A DNA stretch of 64,000 nucleotides from an uncultured Gammaproteobacteria bacterium (GCA_964551605.1 CAZKCV010000006.1:70-64069); one strand, 5' to 3'; shown: positions 47,173 to 57,479, counted from the first letter of the stretch. Made by a program: numbers and translations. The notes: generated by a model not told the origin, from the letters alone.

Positions 47173-48949
47173 GATCTCTATTATTACCCGAAACAAACCC
47201 AAAGATCAATATGTAAGTTTACTGCTTTTAACTTTAGCCTTTTTACTGTTGCCTTCTTCTGCCTATGCCATTGTTGATCCTTTATCAGTACCCAACAATA
47301 AGTTTGGTATTCATATTATTCAGGCAACTCCTGATGAGTCCTCCCCGGCTGCCTCGCTTGTTAATACCAACGGCGACTGGGGCTATGTTACTGTTTTAGT
47401 TGAAAGCAAAGACAGAAACCATGAAAAATGGCAGGAATTTTTTAATGACCTGCGGCGCCGGCACTTAATTCCCCTGGTCAGATTAGCCACCCAGCCGCAA
47501 AACGGCGGTTTCTGGATAAGGCCCTATGAAGGGGAAGAAATAGCCTGGGCCGACTTTCTGGACCGGTTAATTTGGCCTACCAAAAATCGTTATGTGATTG
47601 TCTATAATGAGCCGAATCATGCTCAGGAATGGGGAAATTATGTTGACGCTAAAGATTATGCAAAAGTGCTGGATCGGACTATTGCAGCGCTAAAACTTAA
47701 AAATAGTGACTTTTTTGTACTCAACGGCGGCTTTGATGCCTCTGCCCCCCCGCGGGCGCCAAAATATGAAGACCAGCTGACCTTTATGCAGCAGATGAAT
47801 GAAGCTGTACCCGGGATATTTGAGAGGCTGGATGGCTGGACATCGCACTCTTATCCTAATCCGGAATTTGCCGGTTCCCCTGATGATAATGGCCGGGGTA
47901 CAATCAGGACCTATCTTTGGGAAATGGGGCAGCTTAAAAGCTTAGGGGTTAAAAAGGAATTGCCTATTTTTATTACAGAGACCGGCTGGAGGCATGCGGA
48001 AGGCATTAATCATGATGCCCGGTTACCGGATGCAGAAACCGTGGCCGGTTATTATAAAAAAGCCTTTGAAAATGCCTGGAGTTCAAATCGGATTGTGGCT
48101 ATCACTCCCTTTTTATTAAGCTACCAGGAAGCTCCTTTTGACCATTTTTCATTTAAGAAATTGACCGGTGAAAAACAACAGGAAAAACTTCCCGATACTA
48201 AAGTCCTGGGTGTTCAGTACCCGGAATATTACTCCATGTACCAAACGCTGATGGATCTGCCAAAGGTCAGTGGTAAACCCTTGCAGGAAACAAAAGCTAA
48301 ACTGACAAAAGGGGAGGTTTACAGCTCCATTGTTTCCGGTGAAACTTATTCTATCTCCCTGACTTTTAAGAATACCGGTCAATACATCTGGAATGACGGG
48401 GAAGCAGTAAGGCTGGTTCCCTTAAACGGCAGCCGGGAATTAGGTATTGACAGTGTAAACTTGCCGGAAGATAAGAGGATTGAACCAGGAGAGGAATATA
48501 CCTTTAAGTTAAACTTAAAAGCTCCGGAGAGCGGAACATATGACGTGGCTTTCAATTTATTTATGGGAAACAACCAGTTTGAATCCAAGCCTGTCCGGTT
48601 CACTACGCAGGTTAAATCGCCGGTTATCCTAAAAATTATCAGTGCCTTAGGATGGAAGAAGGATTTTGCAGGTACTTACATATTAAAGGTTAAGGGTGTA
48701 AGCGGGGAAAGTGCTCAAAGCGTAAACCTTAATAAAAAAGGCGTCTCCCCGGAAATAGAAGCCAGGTTTTTACTGCCTGATTACTTATTTGAATTTTCTT
48801 TGGAAAAACCGTATTACAAACCAAGGGTTATTAACCAGAAACTATCTGCCGGGGTTAATACCATAGACTTTGGTACCCTGCAGCCTGATATATTATCTGC
48901 CATCCTCCATCCCACTGAATTCTGGAACCTGTTGCCATTTTCTCAATAA
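47171..48949 (+). CDS. secreted GH-A clan glycoside hydrolase-like protein with Ig-like domain (start uncertain)
   Basis: signal ending SAYA; VYNEPN, SHSYP, ITETGW; FKNTG..W Ig-like segment. Confidence 0.7.
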   Translation: MISIITRNKPKDQYVSLLLLTLAFLLLPSSAYAIVDPLSVPNNKFGIHIIQATPDESSPAASLVNTNGDWGYVTVLVESKDRNHEKWQEFFNDLRRRHLIPLVRLATQPQNGGFWIRPYEGEEIAWADFLDRLIWPTKNRYVIVYNEPNHAQEWGNYVDAKDYAKVLDRTIAALKLKNSDFFVLNGGFDASAPPRAPKYEDQLTFMQQMNEAVPGIFERLDGWTSHSYPNPEFAGSPDDNGRGTIRTYLWEMGQLKSLGVKKELPIFITETGWRHAEGINHDARLPDAETVAGYYKKAFENAWSSNRIVAITPFLLSYQEAPFDHFSFKKLTGEKQQEKLPDTKVLGVQYPEYYSMYQTLMDLPKVSGKPLQETKAKLTKGEVYSSIVSGETYSISLTFKNTGQYIWNDGEAVRLVPLNGSRELGIDSVNLPEDKRIEPGEEYTFKLNLKAPESGTYDVAFNLFMGNNQFESKPVRFTTQVKSPVILKIISALGWKKDFAGTYILKVKGVSGESAQSVNLNKKGVSPEIEARFLLPDYLFEFSLEKPYYKPRVINQKLSAGVNTIDFGTLQPDILSAILHPTEFWNLLPFSQ

Positions 48950-49251
48950 GAGGGCAATACTTCCGGGGTGGGCTTTGACTCCCCGGAGGTGGAGTGAAGT
49001 TGCTATATTTTGACCTATTTCGTCATAGTTGACGGATGTGTAATTTAGATGTAAAGTGATTAGACCTGTTAAAAACTTTGAGTCGCAAGACAATTAGTTT
49101 TTTATCAGTCGTAAGACAGATATTAACAGGTTCTCTAAGGAAGCTCCGCAAGGAGCTTTTTTAGTGGCGTAGCCGCGAAATTTATTTCAGTGCGTAGCGC
49201 CACCTGTGGAGAATTAAAGAATAAACTGTTAAAATAGGTATAGGTAGAAAT

Positions 49252-49325
49252 GGTGGTCGTAGCTCAATGGTAGAGCATCAGATTGTGGATCTGACGGTTT
49301 GCGGGTTCAAATCCCGTCGACCACC
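49252..49325 (+). tRNA. tRNA-His(GTG)
   Basis: G-1, GTGGTCG/CGACCAC acceptor, TCAGA-TTGTGGA-TCTGA. Confidence 0.92.
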
Positions 49326-49340
49326 CATTTTAAGTAGAAG

Positions 49341-49895
49341 TTATACAACCAGTCTGATCATTTCTTCCAAAAGATCCAGGGTCCCTTGTTTTTTTGCCCA
49401 TTTTTTTAGATAGTCATAATCGAGCTTATTTTTTATTATTGCCATTACCGAATGGATATCTTCTAGTTGTCTGGTTGATTTGGATTCACCAAACCAAAGT
49501 AGCTTTCTTAAGATTAAATCTTCCGGTGAACTAAATTTAACCGGTAGCCCTGAGATATTTCTTACTACAACTCTTTTTAATCTTGTTTGATCAAATTCTG
49601 AGGACTGTAGAATCCAAAAATCAACTTTCATACTGCTGCTATCATCAATAAAATTAAATTCACTTTTAGACTTTAGTGCCTCATTAATAGCATCCTCATC
49701 AATGTATCCTTCTTTTGCAAGGGTTGCTACTAATTTATTAACTTTTTCCTTCTTAAGCTCTATGACTATATCTATATCGGCTGTATAACGAGGTCTTCCC
49801 CAAACTACTATTGCCACTCCACCAGTAACCAAATAGGGAATATTTAATTTATGTAGAATTTTAGCGACTTTTTTTAATGTATTCTCTAATTCCAT
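49341..49895 (-). CDS. nucleotidyltransferase (DUF6036/AbiEii-like)
   Basis: YLVTGG.A....G.PR.T.DID; SPEDLIL.KL. Confidence 0.8.
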   Translation of the reverse strand: MELENTLKKVAKILHKLNIPYLVTGGVAIVVWGRPRYTADIDIVIELKKEKVNKLVATLAKEGYIDEDAINEALKSKSEFNFIDDSSSMKVDFWILQSSEFDQTRLKRVVVRNISGLPVKFSSPEDLILRKLLWFGESKSTRQLEDIHSVMAIIKNKLDYDYLKKWAKKQGTLDLLEEMIRLVV

Positions 49896-50031
49896 CTGTG
49901 TTATGGTAAATTTTATCAACTCCAGAGATCATTTTAGCAGAGTGCCAGAATGATGAAATCAGTTTAATCTTCTTTTCAGCAGACATCTTTCGAAAGATAT
50001 TATCCTGAATTTGCCGGGCTGTTTTTCTCAT
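49861..50031 (-). CDS. small protein upstream of the nucleotidyltransferase (putative partner)
   Basis: Q..IFRKMS.EKK motif; overlaps the NTase start. Confidence 0.55.
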   Translation of the reverse strand: MRKTARQIQDNIFRKMSAEKKIKLISSFWHSAKMISGVDKIYHNTDGIREYIKKSR

Positions 50032-50214
50032 CAAATTGATTATACCATCACCCACACCAGGGAATTATTTGAATCTAATTATTAAAGCTAAGGGGGACAT
50101 AGCCTCTCTGGCCCGGGAAAGGTTTTTTCATTTCATAATTTATAAAAGCCTTTTTCTCTCATTAAAATAATCATCTTACAACCTCCGGCTAAATGCAACT
50201 ATATCAAAGTTTGT

Positions 50215-50484
50215 TTACAGCATCCTAACTGCAAAATTTTCCAATAAAATACTGTAAACCATTAGTCTTTCTGCGCAGTTCTGATCTAAATTTTGATCAG
50301 GTCTTACCTTATCTAAAACCTGCCTTATATATGTAGGTACAACTGTAGGCTTTATTTCTTTTTTTCTTTCCAGAGCCTCCTGAAAAAATCTTTCTGCCAT
50401 TTTTGATGAACCGCGATTTATTCCTATGGCCGCTCTATTTAAGTCAAGAGCCATAGAACCTAAACTGATTTTTAGTTGATTCAT
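50215..50484 (-). CDS. small helical hypothetical protein
   Basis: ORF co-oriented with DUF5674. Confidence 0.55.
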   Translation of the reverse strand: MNQLKISLGSMALDLNRAAIGINRGSSKMAERFFQEALERKKEIKPTVVPTYIRQVLDKVRPDQNLDQNCAERLMVYSILLENFAVRML

Positions 50485-50505
50485 AAACAATTTTTCAAGC
50501 TTTGT

Positions 50506-50844
50506 TTATAATACTTCCTTGAAAAAGAATTTTGTTAATTCCTCATAAACTTTTCTAATTTCAGGATTCTGGATTTGATTACTTGTATTATTATCATTCG
50601 GCCGGATATTAATAAATGAATTAAAATCTATAACCTCAGTTTCTGCATCAATTCCCCCGCCCCAGATATCAGATTGCTTTGATCCCTGTTCCATAAGGAT
50701 ACTTTCTCCTTCAAAATGCTTATCCATTCCGGCCGAACAAATTTTCTTTTCTACATCAATTACTGTTTTTATGTAGCTATCAAAAACTTCCTTTAGGTTC
50801 TCAATTTCTTCTTTAGTAAAAGGCTGGGATTTAGTAATAATCAC
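50506..50844 (-). CDS. DUF5674 family protein
   Basis: KTVID, H..E..L...GS.Q.DIWG, S.INIRP. Confidence 0.75.
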   Translation of the reverse strand: MIITKSQPFTKEEIENLKEVFDSYIKTVIDVEKKICSAGMDKHFEGESILMEQGSKQSDIWGGGIDAETEVIDFNSFINIRPNDNNTSNQIQNPEIRKVYEELTKFFFKEVL

Positions 50845-50904
50845 AAAAAGTATTTTAGCACAGTGTACGAAATTTTCTTCAATGTAAGGTTTCGGAAAAG
50901 GATT

Positions 50905-51336
50905 CTATTTTTTGGCTTCGTTATCCCGCATTTTGGCACTAATTACCCTCTCGCCTACTATTACATCCTGTTTGGAATGAAGGGCAAATGGTAACTTTGC
51001 TATCTCATGAAAATCCACCCAGGAGCAGGTATCATCTTTGATATCACTTAGGATTTGAGGGTTTTTGACTTCGGCATAAAAAACAAAATTAATTTTTTCC
51101 TGTGCATCATGAAAATAATCATAAACCGGATAAATATCCTTAGATTTAAGTTCTAAATTAAGGGATTCGTTTATGATCCGCTGAAAAGTTGTTTGTGCTT
51201 CTTCCCCTGTACTGCTTTCCCCGCCGAATGTAGACCATAAAGAGTCAGTACTATCTTTTTCCCGGGGCGCTACTAAAAGGATCTGGTGGGTTTTCCGGCT
51301 GTAAAGGAATCCGCTGGCATAAAAGGAGGTTTGCAC
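50905..51336 (-). CDS. degenerate NUDIX-fold protein
   Basis: W..FGG....GE....TF.R...E. Confidence 0.6.
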   Translation of the reverse strand: MQTSFYASGFLYSRKTHQILLVAPREKDSTDSLWSTFGGESSTGEEAQTTFQRIINESLNLELKSKDIYPVYDYFHDAQEKINFVFYAEVKNPQILSDIKDDTCSWVDFHEIAKLPFALHSKQDVIVGERVISAKMRDNEAKK

Positions 51337-51362
51337 AAAGCCACTATAACACAAATGAAAAG

Positions 51363-52610
51363 TTAATGCTCGACAAAGGTCAGGGCAAAACCTGTTTTTC
51401 CGGCCCGGCCTGTCCTGCCGATTCTGTGAATATAATCATCATATGTTTGCGGCAGGTCATAATTTATGACATGGGTGACATTATCAATATCCAAGCCCCG
51501 GGAAGCTACATCCGTAGCCAGAAGAATTTGTATTTCGTTTTGCTTAAAACTTTGGAGGACTCTTTGCCTTTGACTTTGCCTTTTATTGCCATGAATGGCT
51601 CCTACTTTAAAACCGCGGAATTCCAGCTCCTTATTTAGTTTTTCAATCCCGTGCTTGGTCCTGCCGAATATCATTACTTTATCAAAGCCATCCTTAATTA
51701 AAAGGTCATGTAACCGGTCTATCTTTTTATCCATGCTGTCAATTTTAACTACATCCTGCATGACATTTTCAGAAGTATCCTGCTTTTTAACGGAAACTGT
51801 AACCGGATCGTTGACAAAAGAGTGCAGGATATCCTGTATTTTAGAAGGAATGGTAGCGGAGAAGAAAAGGGATTGCCTTGCCTTCGGCATTTGGGAGATA
51901 AAATATTTCACATCATTAATAAAGCCGATATCTACCATCAAATCCACTTCATCCAGGACAATATGGGAATAATCCTCTAAATATATGGCCCTTCGCTCAA
52001 TTAAGTCCTTTAAACGGCCGGGTGTGGCAATTACTAAGTGGGGATTTCTTCGAAGATCCTGGATTTGCCGGTGCATATTGGTGCCGCCGATTAAAAAGGC
52101 GGAAAAAAGTTTCATATTCCGGCTTAAAGCCCTGAATTCTTCGTTAATCTGTATAGCCAGTTCCCTGGTAGGAACAATAATTAAAGCCTTTTGGTCTCTA
52201 TTAAGATAAATTTTATTGATAAGGGGAATTAAAAAAGCGGCGGTTTTACCGGTACCGGTAGAGGCTAATCCGATGACATCCCGGCCTTCTAAGATAGGTT
52301 CGATGGCTCTGGCCTGAACAGGGGTTGGTTTTGTATAGCCTAATAGGGAGATGTTTTGTTTGATGGCCGGATGCAGGTTGAAGCCTTCAAAATTTTGTGT
52401 CTCCTCCTGAAGCTCTTCCTGGATAATTGGGGCGGCCTTTCGGATAAACATGTTAATATCTGCACCTTCCAACCGGCTTCTTCTTTGATTGCCGCCTCTT
52501 CTGTTTGAAAAAGTTCTTTGGTTATTAAACCCGCCTCTTTGAGGGGGCCTGGAGAATGAACCACTATGGCGGATTGATGTCCTTTTTCGGTATCTGTTGC
52601 TGTTATACAT
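51363..52610 (-). CDS. DEAD-box RNA helicase (DEVD variant)
   Basis: Q motif, TGTGKT, PTRELA, TPGRL, DEVD, SAT, HRIGRTGR. Confidence 0.95.
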   Translation of the reverse strand: MYNSNRYRKRTSIRHSGSFSRPPQRGGFNNQRTFSNRRGGNQRRSRLEGADINMFIRKAAPIIQEELQEETQNFEGFNLHPAIKQNISLLGYTKPTPVQARAIEPILEGRDVIGLASTGTGKTAAFLIPLINKIYLNRDQKALIIVPTRELAIQINEEFRALSRNMKLFSAFLIGGTNMHRQIQDLRRNPHLVIATPGRLKDLIERRAIYLEDYSHIVLDEVDLMVDIGFINDVKYFISQMPKARQSLFFSATIPSKIQDILHSFVNDPVTVSVKKQDTSENVMQDVVKIDSMDKKIDRLHDLLIKDGFDKVMIFGRTKHGIEKLNKELEFRGFKVGAIHGNKRQSQRQRVLQSFKQNEIQILLATDVASRGLDIDNVTHVINYDLPQTYDDYIHRIGRTGRAGKTGFALTFVEH

Positions 52611-52834
52611 ATTGTTTAAAAATTGGATTCTTCTTCTCCCAACTTAAAAGAAGAGAGACAGAAGAATATTAAAATAATTGAAGAAGAAAAAACTAATATT
52701 TGAAAATTAGTAGGGAGCTACTTTAAGAAGATCTAATCAATGAAGAAAAAATATCTGCTAGCTCAAATTCTAAATCAACTTTTATAAGTCTAGCATACTT
52801 CTTATCTAAAAGCAAATTTTGCTATACTTAGCTC

Positions 52835-53347
52835 ATGAAATTGGTTTTACCATCAGTTAAATATCAAAAATCATATTTGGAGGCTCTGGAGGAGGCTAAG
52901 GATGAAACAGGAGTTACGGTGTTAACTAAGCCCGAGGCAAACCAAACCTTTGGGCAATTTGTTAAAAGGAAGGTCGAAGTGGCAAAAGGTTTAAATTTAC
53001 CTGAAGGCTGGGTCCCGGCTACTGAACTGTGGCTAATAGATAAAGATGAATTTATCGGCCGTGTTTCCATTCGCCACCGGTTAACAGAGAACCTGTTAAA
53101 GCTCGGCGGCCATATTGGTTATTATATCCGGCCTTCCAAAAGAAAAATGGGATATGGAAAAATGATCCTGAAACTGGCCTTAAAGGAAGCAAAAAAATTA
53201 GGGATTTTTAAGGCTTTGGTAACTTGTGATGATACTAATTTAGGCTCAGCTAAAATTATTGAAGCAAATGGCGGGATATTAGAAAATATGGTTGAAAATG
53301 GCCAGGATAATCCCTTAAAGAGGCGTTACTGGATAAAAGTAAGATAA
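52835..53347 (+). CDS. GNAT acetyltransferase
   Basis: GGHIGY.IRPS.R..GYG; N..S.K.IE.NGG. Confidence 0.88.
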   Translation: MKLVLPSVKYQKSYLEALEEAKDETGVTVLTKPEANQTFGQFVKRKVEVAKGLNLPEGWVPATELWLIDKDEFIGRVSIRHRLTENLLKLGGHIGYYIRPSKRKMGYGKMILKLALKEAKKLGIFKALVTCDDTNLGSAKIIEANGGILENMVENGQDNPLKRRYWIKVR

Positions 53348-53397
53348 TTCCACTATAGGTTGTATTTAATATCTTTTTGTTATATAATTTCCGGAGA

Positions 53398-53865
53398 ATG
53401 CAAGAACTTAACTTTGTATATACCATCAATGCCCAAATAGAAGAAACGCATGATGAGGAATCAGTTGGGCTTATAGATTATTCCTTACCAGGAGAAGAAA
53501 CCGGCTTTGTAAAATTAGAAAGAGTGAAAGTAGACATCGGTTATCGGCGAAGAGGTATTGGTAAAGAACTAGTATCAAGATTTGTAAAAGCAGTGGGTTC
53601 CGGACGTAGGGTTATTACCACTCCTATTATTAATGAGGAAAGTTTAAAAGCATTAGAAGATCTGGAACCCCAGCGTAAAGCTGATGAAGCCGTAACTGTT
53701 GTTTTCAAAGAGCCTGAAATATTAAGAACTATTCCACTTGTAAGGCTATTGGAATCAGGTAATCTTAGTGTTGCATCAGTAACTGTTGAGTATAATCCTA
53801 GAAATGGTTTGCAAAATCCTCATTTTCTAATTCGCGAAGCGAAAATACGTGGCGTCACCGGGTGA
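53398..53865 (+). CDS. GNAT-like hypothetical protein
   Basis: V...YRRRGIGKEL motif A. Confidence 0.55.
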   Translation: MQELNFVYTINAQIEETHDEESVGLIDYSLPGEETGFVKLERVKVDIGYRRRGIGKELVSRFVKAVGSGRRVITTPIINEESLKALEDLEPQRKADEAVTVVFKEPEILRTIPLVRLLESGNLSVASVTVEYNPRNGLQNPHFLIREAKIRGVTG

Positions 53866-53908
53866 TATAGAATCAGGCTTGAATCGCTATACGATATAAT
53901 CTAGCATT

Positions 53909-54877
53909 ATGAATTTCTGGCAAAAGCTCAAAAAGCCTTTTTTTATTTTAGCCCCTATGGATGGGGTAACTGATACGGTTTTCCGGCAGATTGTAGCCTC
54001 TGTGGGTAAACCGGACGTGTTTTTAACCGAATTTGTACCGGTTGATGCCTTAATGTCGAAGCACTCTGAGAGGGCTTTGGAAACCCTAAAATTTACAGAA
54101 TCTGAAAGGCCGATGGTAGCCCAAATCTGGGGGTCTGAACCGGAGAAGTTTTACAAAGTAGCCCAAATGCTTGCCCAAATGAAATTTGATGGCATAGATA
54201 TCAATATGGGCTGTCCGGATAAAGCTGCGGTAAGAAAAGGCGGCTGTTCTGCTTTAATTAAAAATCCCCAACTGGCTGTAGAGATTATTGAGGCCACCAT
54301 CAAAGGAGCCGGTGGTTTGCCTGTCAGTGTGAAAACCAGGATCGGTTTTAGCAGCATTGATACTGAAAACTGGGTTACCTCCCTGCTGCAAACCCCTATT
54401 TCAGCTTTAATTCTGCACCTTCGGACAGTCAGGGAAATGTCCAAACCTCCGGCTCATTGGGATGAAATCAGTAAAGCCGTTCTGGTCAGAAATAAAATCA
54501 AATCCAAAGCCCTCATTATTGGCAATGGGGATATAAAAAGCCTTAAAGAGGCCAGAGATAAGTGTCTGGAATACGGAATAGACGGAGTAATGATAGGCCG
54601 GGGTATTTTTGAAAATCCCTGGGTTTTCAATGAAAAAATAGATATAGAGAAAGTTTCCCGGGAAGATAAAATAGCTTTGTTTGTCAGACACCTGGAACTA
54701 TATAAAACAGTCTGGGGGCAAAAGAAAAACTTTGCCAACATGAAAAAATTTGTTAAAACCTATGTCAAAGGCTTCAGGGAAGCCACCGAAGTCCGGGAAG
54801 ATTTAATGCGGACTAAAAGCATTGATGAATTAATCCAAAAATCCCAACTAACCCACCCCCGGGGTGGGTTAGGTTGA
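53909..54877 (+). CDS. dus: tRNA-dihydrouridine synthase
   Basis: LAPMDG, DINMGCP, SVKTR, GNGD, MIGRG. Confidence 0.92.
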   Translation: MNFWQKLKKPFFILAPMDGVTDTVFRQIVASVGKPDVFLTEFVPVDALMSKHSERALETLKFTESERPMVAQIWGSEPEKFYKVAQMLAQMKFDGIDINMGCPDKAAVRKGGCSALIKNPQLAVEIIEATIKGAGGLPVSVKTRIGFSSIDTENWVTSLLQTPISALILHLRTVREMSKPPAHWDEISKAVLVRNKIKSKALIIGNGDIKSLKEARDKCLEYGIDGVMIGRGIFENPWVFNEKIDIEKVSREDKIALFVRHLELYKTVWGQKKNFANMKKFVKTYVKGFREATEVREDLMRTKSIDELIQKSQLTHPRGGLG

Positions 54878-54884
54878 CACCGTA
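54849..54884. repeat. REP-like palindrome supplying the dus stop codon
   Basis: TAACCCACCCCCGGGGTGGGTTAGGTTGACACCGTA. Confidence 0.8.
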
Positions 54885-54908
54885 CTTAAGACATTGGCCG
54901 GATAGGGT

Positions 54909-55157
54909 TCATTTCACTTTACTTTTGAGCTGTTTGGTAGCAGTTTTTCTGACAGCATCTTTCAATTGGAATGCCCTCTGGGTAATTTCTTTTAAGACTT
55001 TATTGCCTTCTTTTTGCAGGCTTTCTAAGGTTTTCTCCACCTTTTTTCTGTTTTTTTCATCAGATAAAGCTATAGCAGCTGCGGCAGCGGCCGCACCAAT
55101 TACAGCTCCTGCAACACCTGTTGCTAAAGGATTTAACCCCTTTTTTTCATTTGCCAT
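54909..55157 (-). CDS. YtxH-like small membrane protein
   Basis: GVAGAVIGAAAAAAA; paralog-like to 16735-16986. Confidence 0.6.
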   Translation of the reverse strand: MANEKKGLNPLATGVAGAVIGAAAAAAAIALSDEKNRKKVEKTLESLQKEGNKVLKEITQRAFQLKDAVRKTATKQLKSKVK

Positions 55158-55252
55158 GATTAGTTATGAGTTCAGAGTTCATAGTTCGTAGTATTTTCTA
55201 TAAACTAATAACTAAAGTTCGGCAAAGCCGAACGTACTCTGAACTTATTTTC

Positions 55253-55489
55253 TCACCTCCCTCTTTTTAAGATTTTCCCAAGAATACCTAAAACAATAGC
55301 CGGCAGCGCAGCCAGAAATCTCATCTGGATTTTTTCCCTGATACTTTGGCTGGTATCCTGCAGGGAATCTGCTAATCTTATAATAGCTCTTAAGGCCTTT
55401 ATTAAAAAGAAAGTGATAATAACTGCACAAGCGGAAATAACCAAAAGTCCTACAACCAATAAAATATTAATTACTTCCTGCACAGACAT
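55253..55489 (-). CDS. small membrane protein (DUF948-like)
   Basis: TM plus coiled coil, upstream of the YtxH-like gene. Confidence 0.55.
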   Translation of the reverse strand: MSVQEVINILLVVGLLVISACAVIITFFLIKALRAIIRLADSLQDTSQSIREKIQMRFLAALPAIVLGILGKILKRGR

Positions 55490-55577
55490 AGGTTATATTA
55501 TATCACTCTAAGCCGGCACCATCCAGCGGATTTGCATTTAGTGGTTAGTTCTAATAGAATAAATTAAGAACCTATTT

Positions 55578-55949
55578 ATGGAATATCTTTCGCTCATCCC
55601 GGCTACGGCCCTGGGCTATTTAACTCTCAGGGTGACTACCCATCCGACTGCCCGCATCAGGAAGAAACTGCCTAATATCAAAACCGGAAGGGTCCAGGTT
55701 TTCCCGGTGCTGCGGTTTAGAATTTTTAACCGGGTGATCCATTTGCACCATTGGTTTTCATTTTCCATCATTCTGGTATTGTCATTTTTCATTTCCATGG
55801 GCATAGTCGACTACATTGTCACCAAAGGCCTGCTCTTAGGCGGGATTATCCATGGTTTAACCGTGCCTAGGTCCCACCGCAGGATCATTTATAAAAACTA
55901 CTCAATGGAAAAAATGATTGCCTTGGATAAAAATATCACCCGTGAGTAA
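55578..55949 (+). CDS. hypothetical membrane protein
   Basis: IHLHHW then hydrophobic helices. Confidence 0.6.
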   Translation: MEYLSLIPATALGYLTLRVTTHPTARIRKKLPNIKTGRVQVFPVLRFRIFNRVIHLHHWFSFSIILVLSFFISMGIVDYIVTKGLLLGGIIHGLTVPRSHRRIIYKNYSMEKMIALDKNITRE

Positions 55950-56493
55950 TCTCCTGGTTATTTTAACCGGTAAAACAGCAGCAGGCAAAGATACTGCTAT
56001 TTCAAAACTTTTATCAAGGCTACCGGATTTTAGGAAGATTTTAACCACCACCAGCCGGGCCCCCAGGAATGGGGAAAGAAATGGGGTGGATTATCATTTC
56101 ATCTCCCGGGAAGAATTTCAGCAGAAAATTGCAAATGGTGATTTTATTGAGTTCGTAGAATACGGCGGCAATTTGTACGGCACTGAAAAAAGCTTATTCC
56201 GCAGTCACAATGGCCTAATCTGGAAGATAGACCCTTCCCGGGCCGGTAAAGTAAGAGAACTGATTAGTGAACCCCTTACGGTTATTTATCTGACTGTATC
56301 TGATGATGTGGTTTTGGAAAGGCTCCGGAGAAGAGGGCTAAACAAAGAGGAAATTGAAAAAAGAATGGCTGATGATAAAAAAATGTGGGAAGAAAATAAG
56401 GCTAACTATGACTATATAGTAGAAAATACCCCAAATGAGCTGGCAAAAACAGTTGACAAAATTATTGAAATAATAGAGAATCAGCACTCTTAA
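55942..56493 (+). CDS. gmk: guanylate kinase
   Basis: GKTAAGK, TTSRAPRNGERNGVDYHF, YGT. Confidence 0.85.
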   Translation: MSNLLVILTGKTAAGKDTAISKLLSRLPDFRKILTTTSRAPRNGERNGVDYHFISREEFQQKIANGDFIEFVEYGGNLYGTEKSLFRSHNGLIWKIDPSRAGKVRELISEPLTVIYLTVSDDVVLERLRRRGLNKEEIEKRMADDKKMWEENKANYDYIVENTPNELAKTVDKIIEIIENQHS

Positions 56494-56504
56494 ATTACTC
56501 TGCC

Positions 56505-57479
56505 ATGAAGCTGATAGGCCAAAAAGGGCTCATCCCTATCATCATTATCCTTGCGGTTTCCATAGTTTCTGCTGCTTTGTTGATCGCGTCTAACCAAACC
56601 ACAAAACCTACCCAAATGGCTAAAGCAGCTGCAGTGGTTACACCCGGCCCCACACCCTTACCTTCCCCTGAACTTCCCCCAACTCCTAGTCCTATAGCTG
56701 TAGCCTCGCAAGGCGTCACCCCCACACCAACCCCTTCGATTGTTCCATCAGTGGCTTCCCAGCCGGTAATTAATAATGCCCTGCCCGGCAGCGGCTTTTC
56801 TAATCAAAATGTCAGTGTTGACGGCTATACCTACCCGGTAGCTATTATTGCTGCTGACTTAAATTCTACCAGAGTGATCGTGGATACGGCTTCCGAATCT
56901 GATTGCGGCAACAGCTGTCCGGTTTTATCCCTGGCAGATTATGCATCCCGAAATGGTGCCTATGCCGGCATCAACGGCTCATATTTTTGCCCGGCAGATT
57001 ATGCAAGCTGTGCCGGAAAAACCAATTCCTTTGATACCCTTTTAATGAATAAGGGTAAACGCTATTTTAATTCAGATAATAATGTCTATTCCACTGTTCC
57101 GGCTGCCATTTTTTCAGCCGGCTCAGCCAGGTTTGTAGGCCAATCCCTGGAATGGGGCCGGGATACCGGACCGGACAGTGTTATTGCTAATTACCCCTTA
57201 CTTATTGCAGGCGCCAATATTAACTTCACAGAGGTTCCCAATGAGCCTAAATTCGGCAATAAAGCTCCGAGAACATTCATAGCAGCCAAGGGTAATATGG
57301 TCTACATCGGAATTGTCTATAAAGCCACCATGGGTGAATCAGCCAAGGTCTTAAAAGCCTTGGGTATGGATGGAGCGTTAAACCTGGACCAGGGCGGCTC
57401 CACAGCCCTCTGGTCCGGAGGCTACAAGGCCGGCCCCGGCCGCAGCATTCCAAATGCAATACTTTTTGTTAATCGTTAA
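56505..57479 (+). CDS. phosphodiester glycosidase (NAGPA/DUF2233) family protein
   Basis: INGSYF, PRT, ALNLDQGGST. Confidence 0.8.
   Translation: MKLIGQKGLIPIIIILAVSIVSAALLIASNQTTKPTQMAKAAAVVTPGPTPLPSPELPPTPSPIAVASQGVTPTPTPSIVPSVASQPVINNALPGSGFSNQNVSVDGYTYPVAIIAADLNSTRVIVDTASESDCGNSCPVLSLADYASRNGAYAGINGSYFCPADYASCAGKTNSFDTLLMNKGKRYFNSDNNVYSTVPAAIFSAGSARFVGQSLEWGRDTGPDSVIANYPLLIAGANINFTEVPNEPKFGNKAPRTFIAAKGNMVYIGIVYKATMGESAKVLKALGMDGALNLDQGGSTALWSGGYKAGPGRSIPNAILFVNR

Noticed and set aside
52611-52800. Long AT-rich leader of the DEAD-box helicase as a thermosensor
   Set aside because: No convincing structure visible by eye
55162-55235. Heptamer-like AGTT repeats and a small hairpin
   Set aside because: Short, degenerate intergenic repeats with no associated gene
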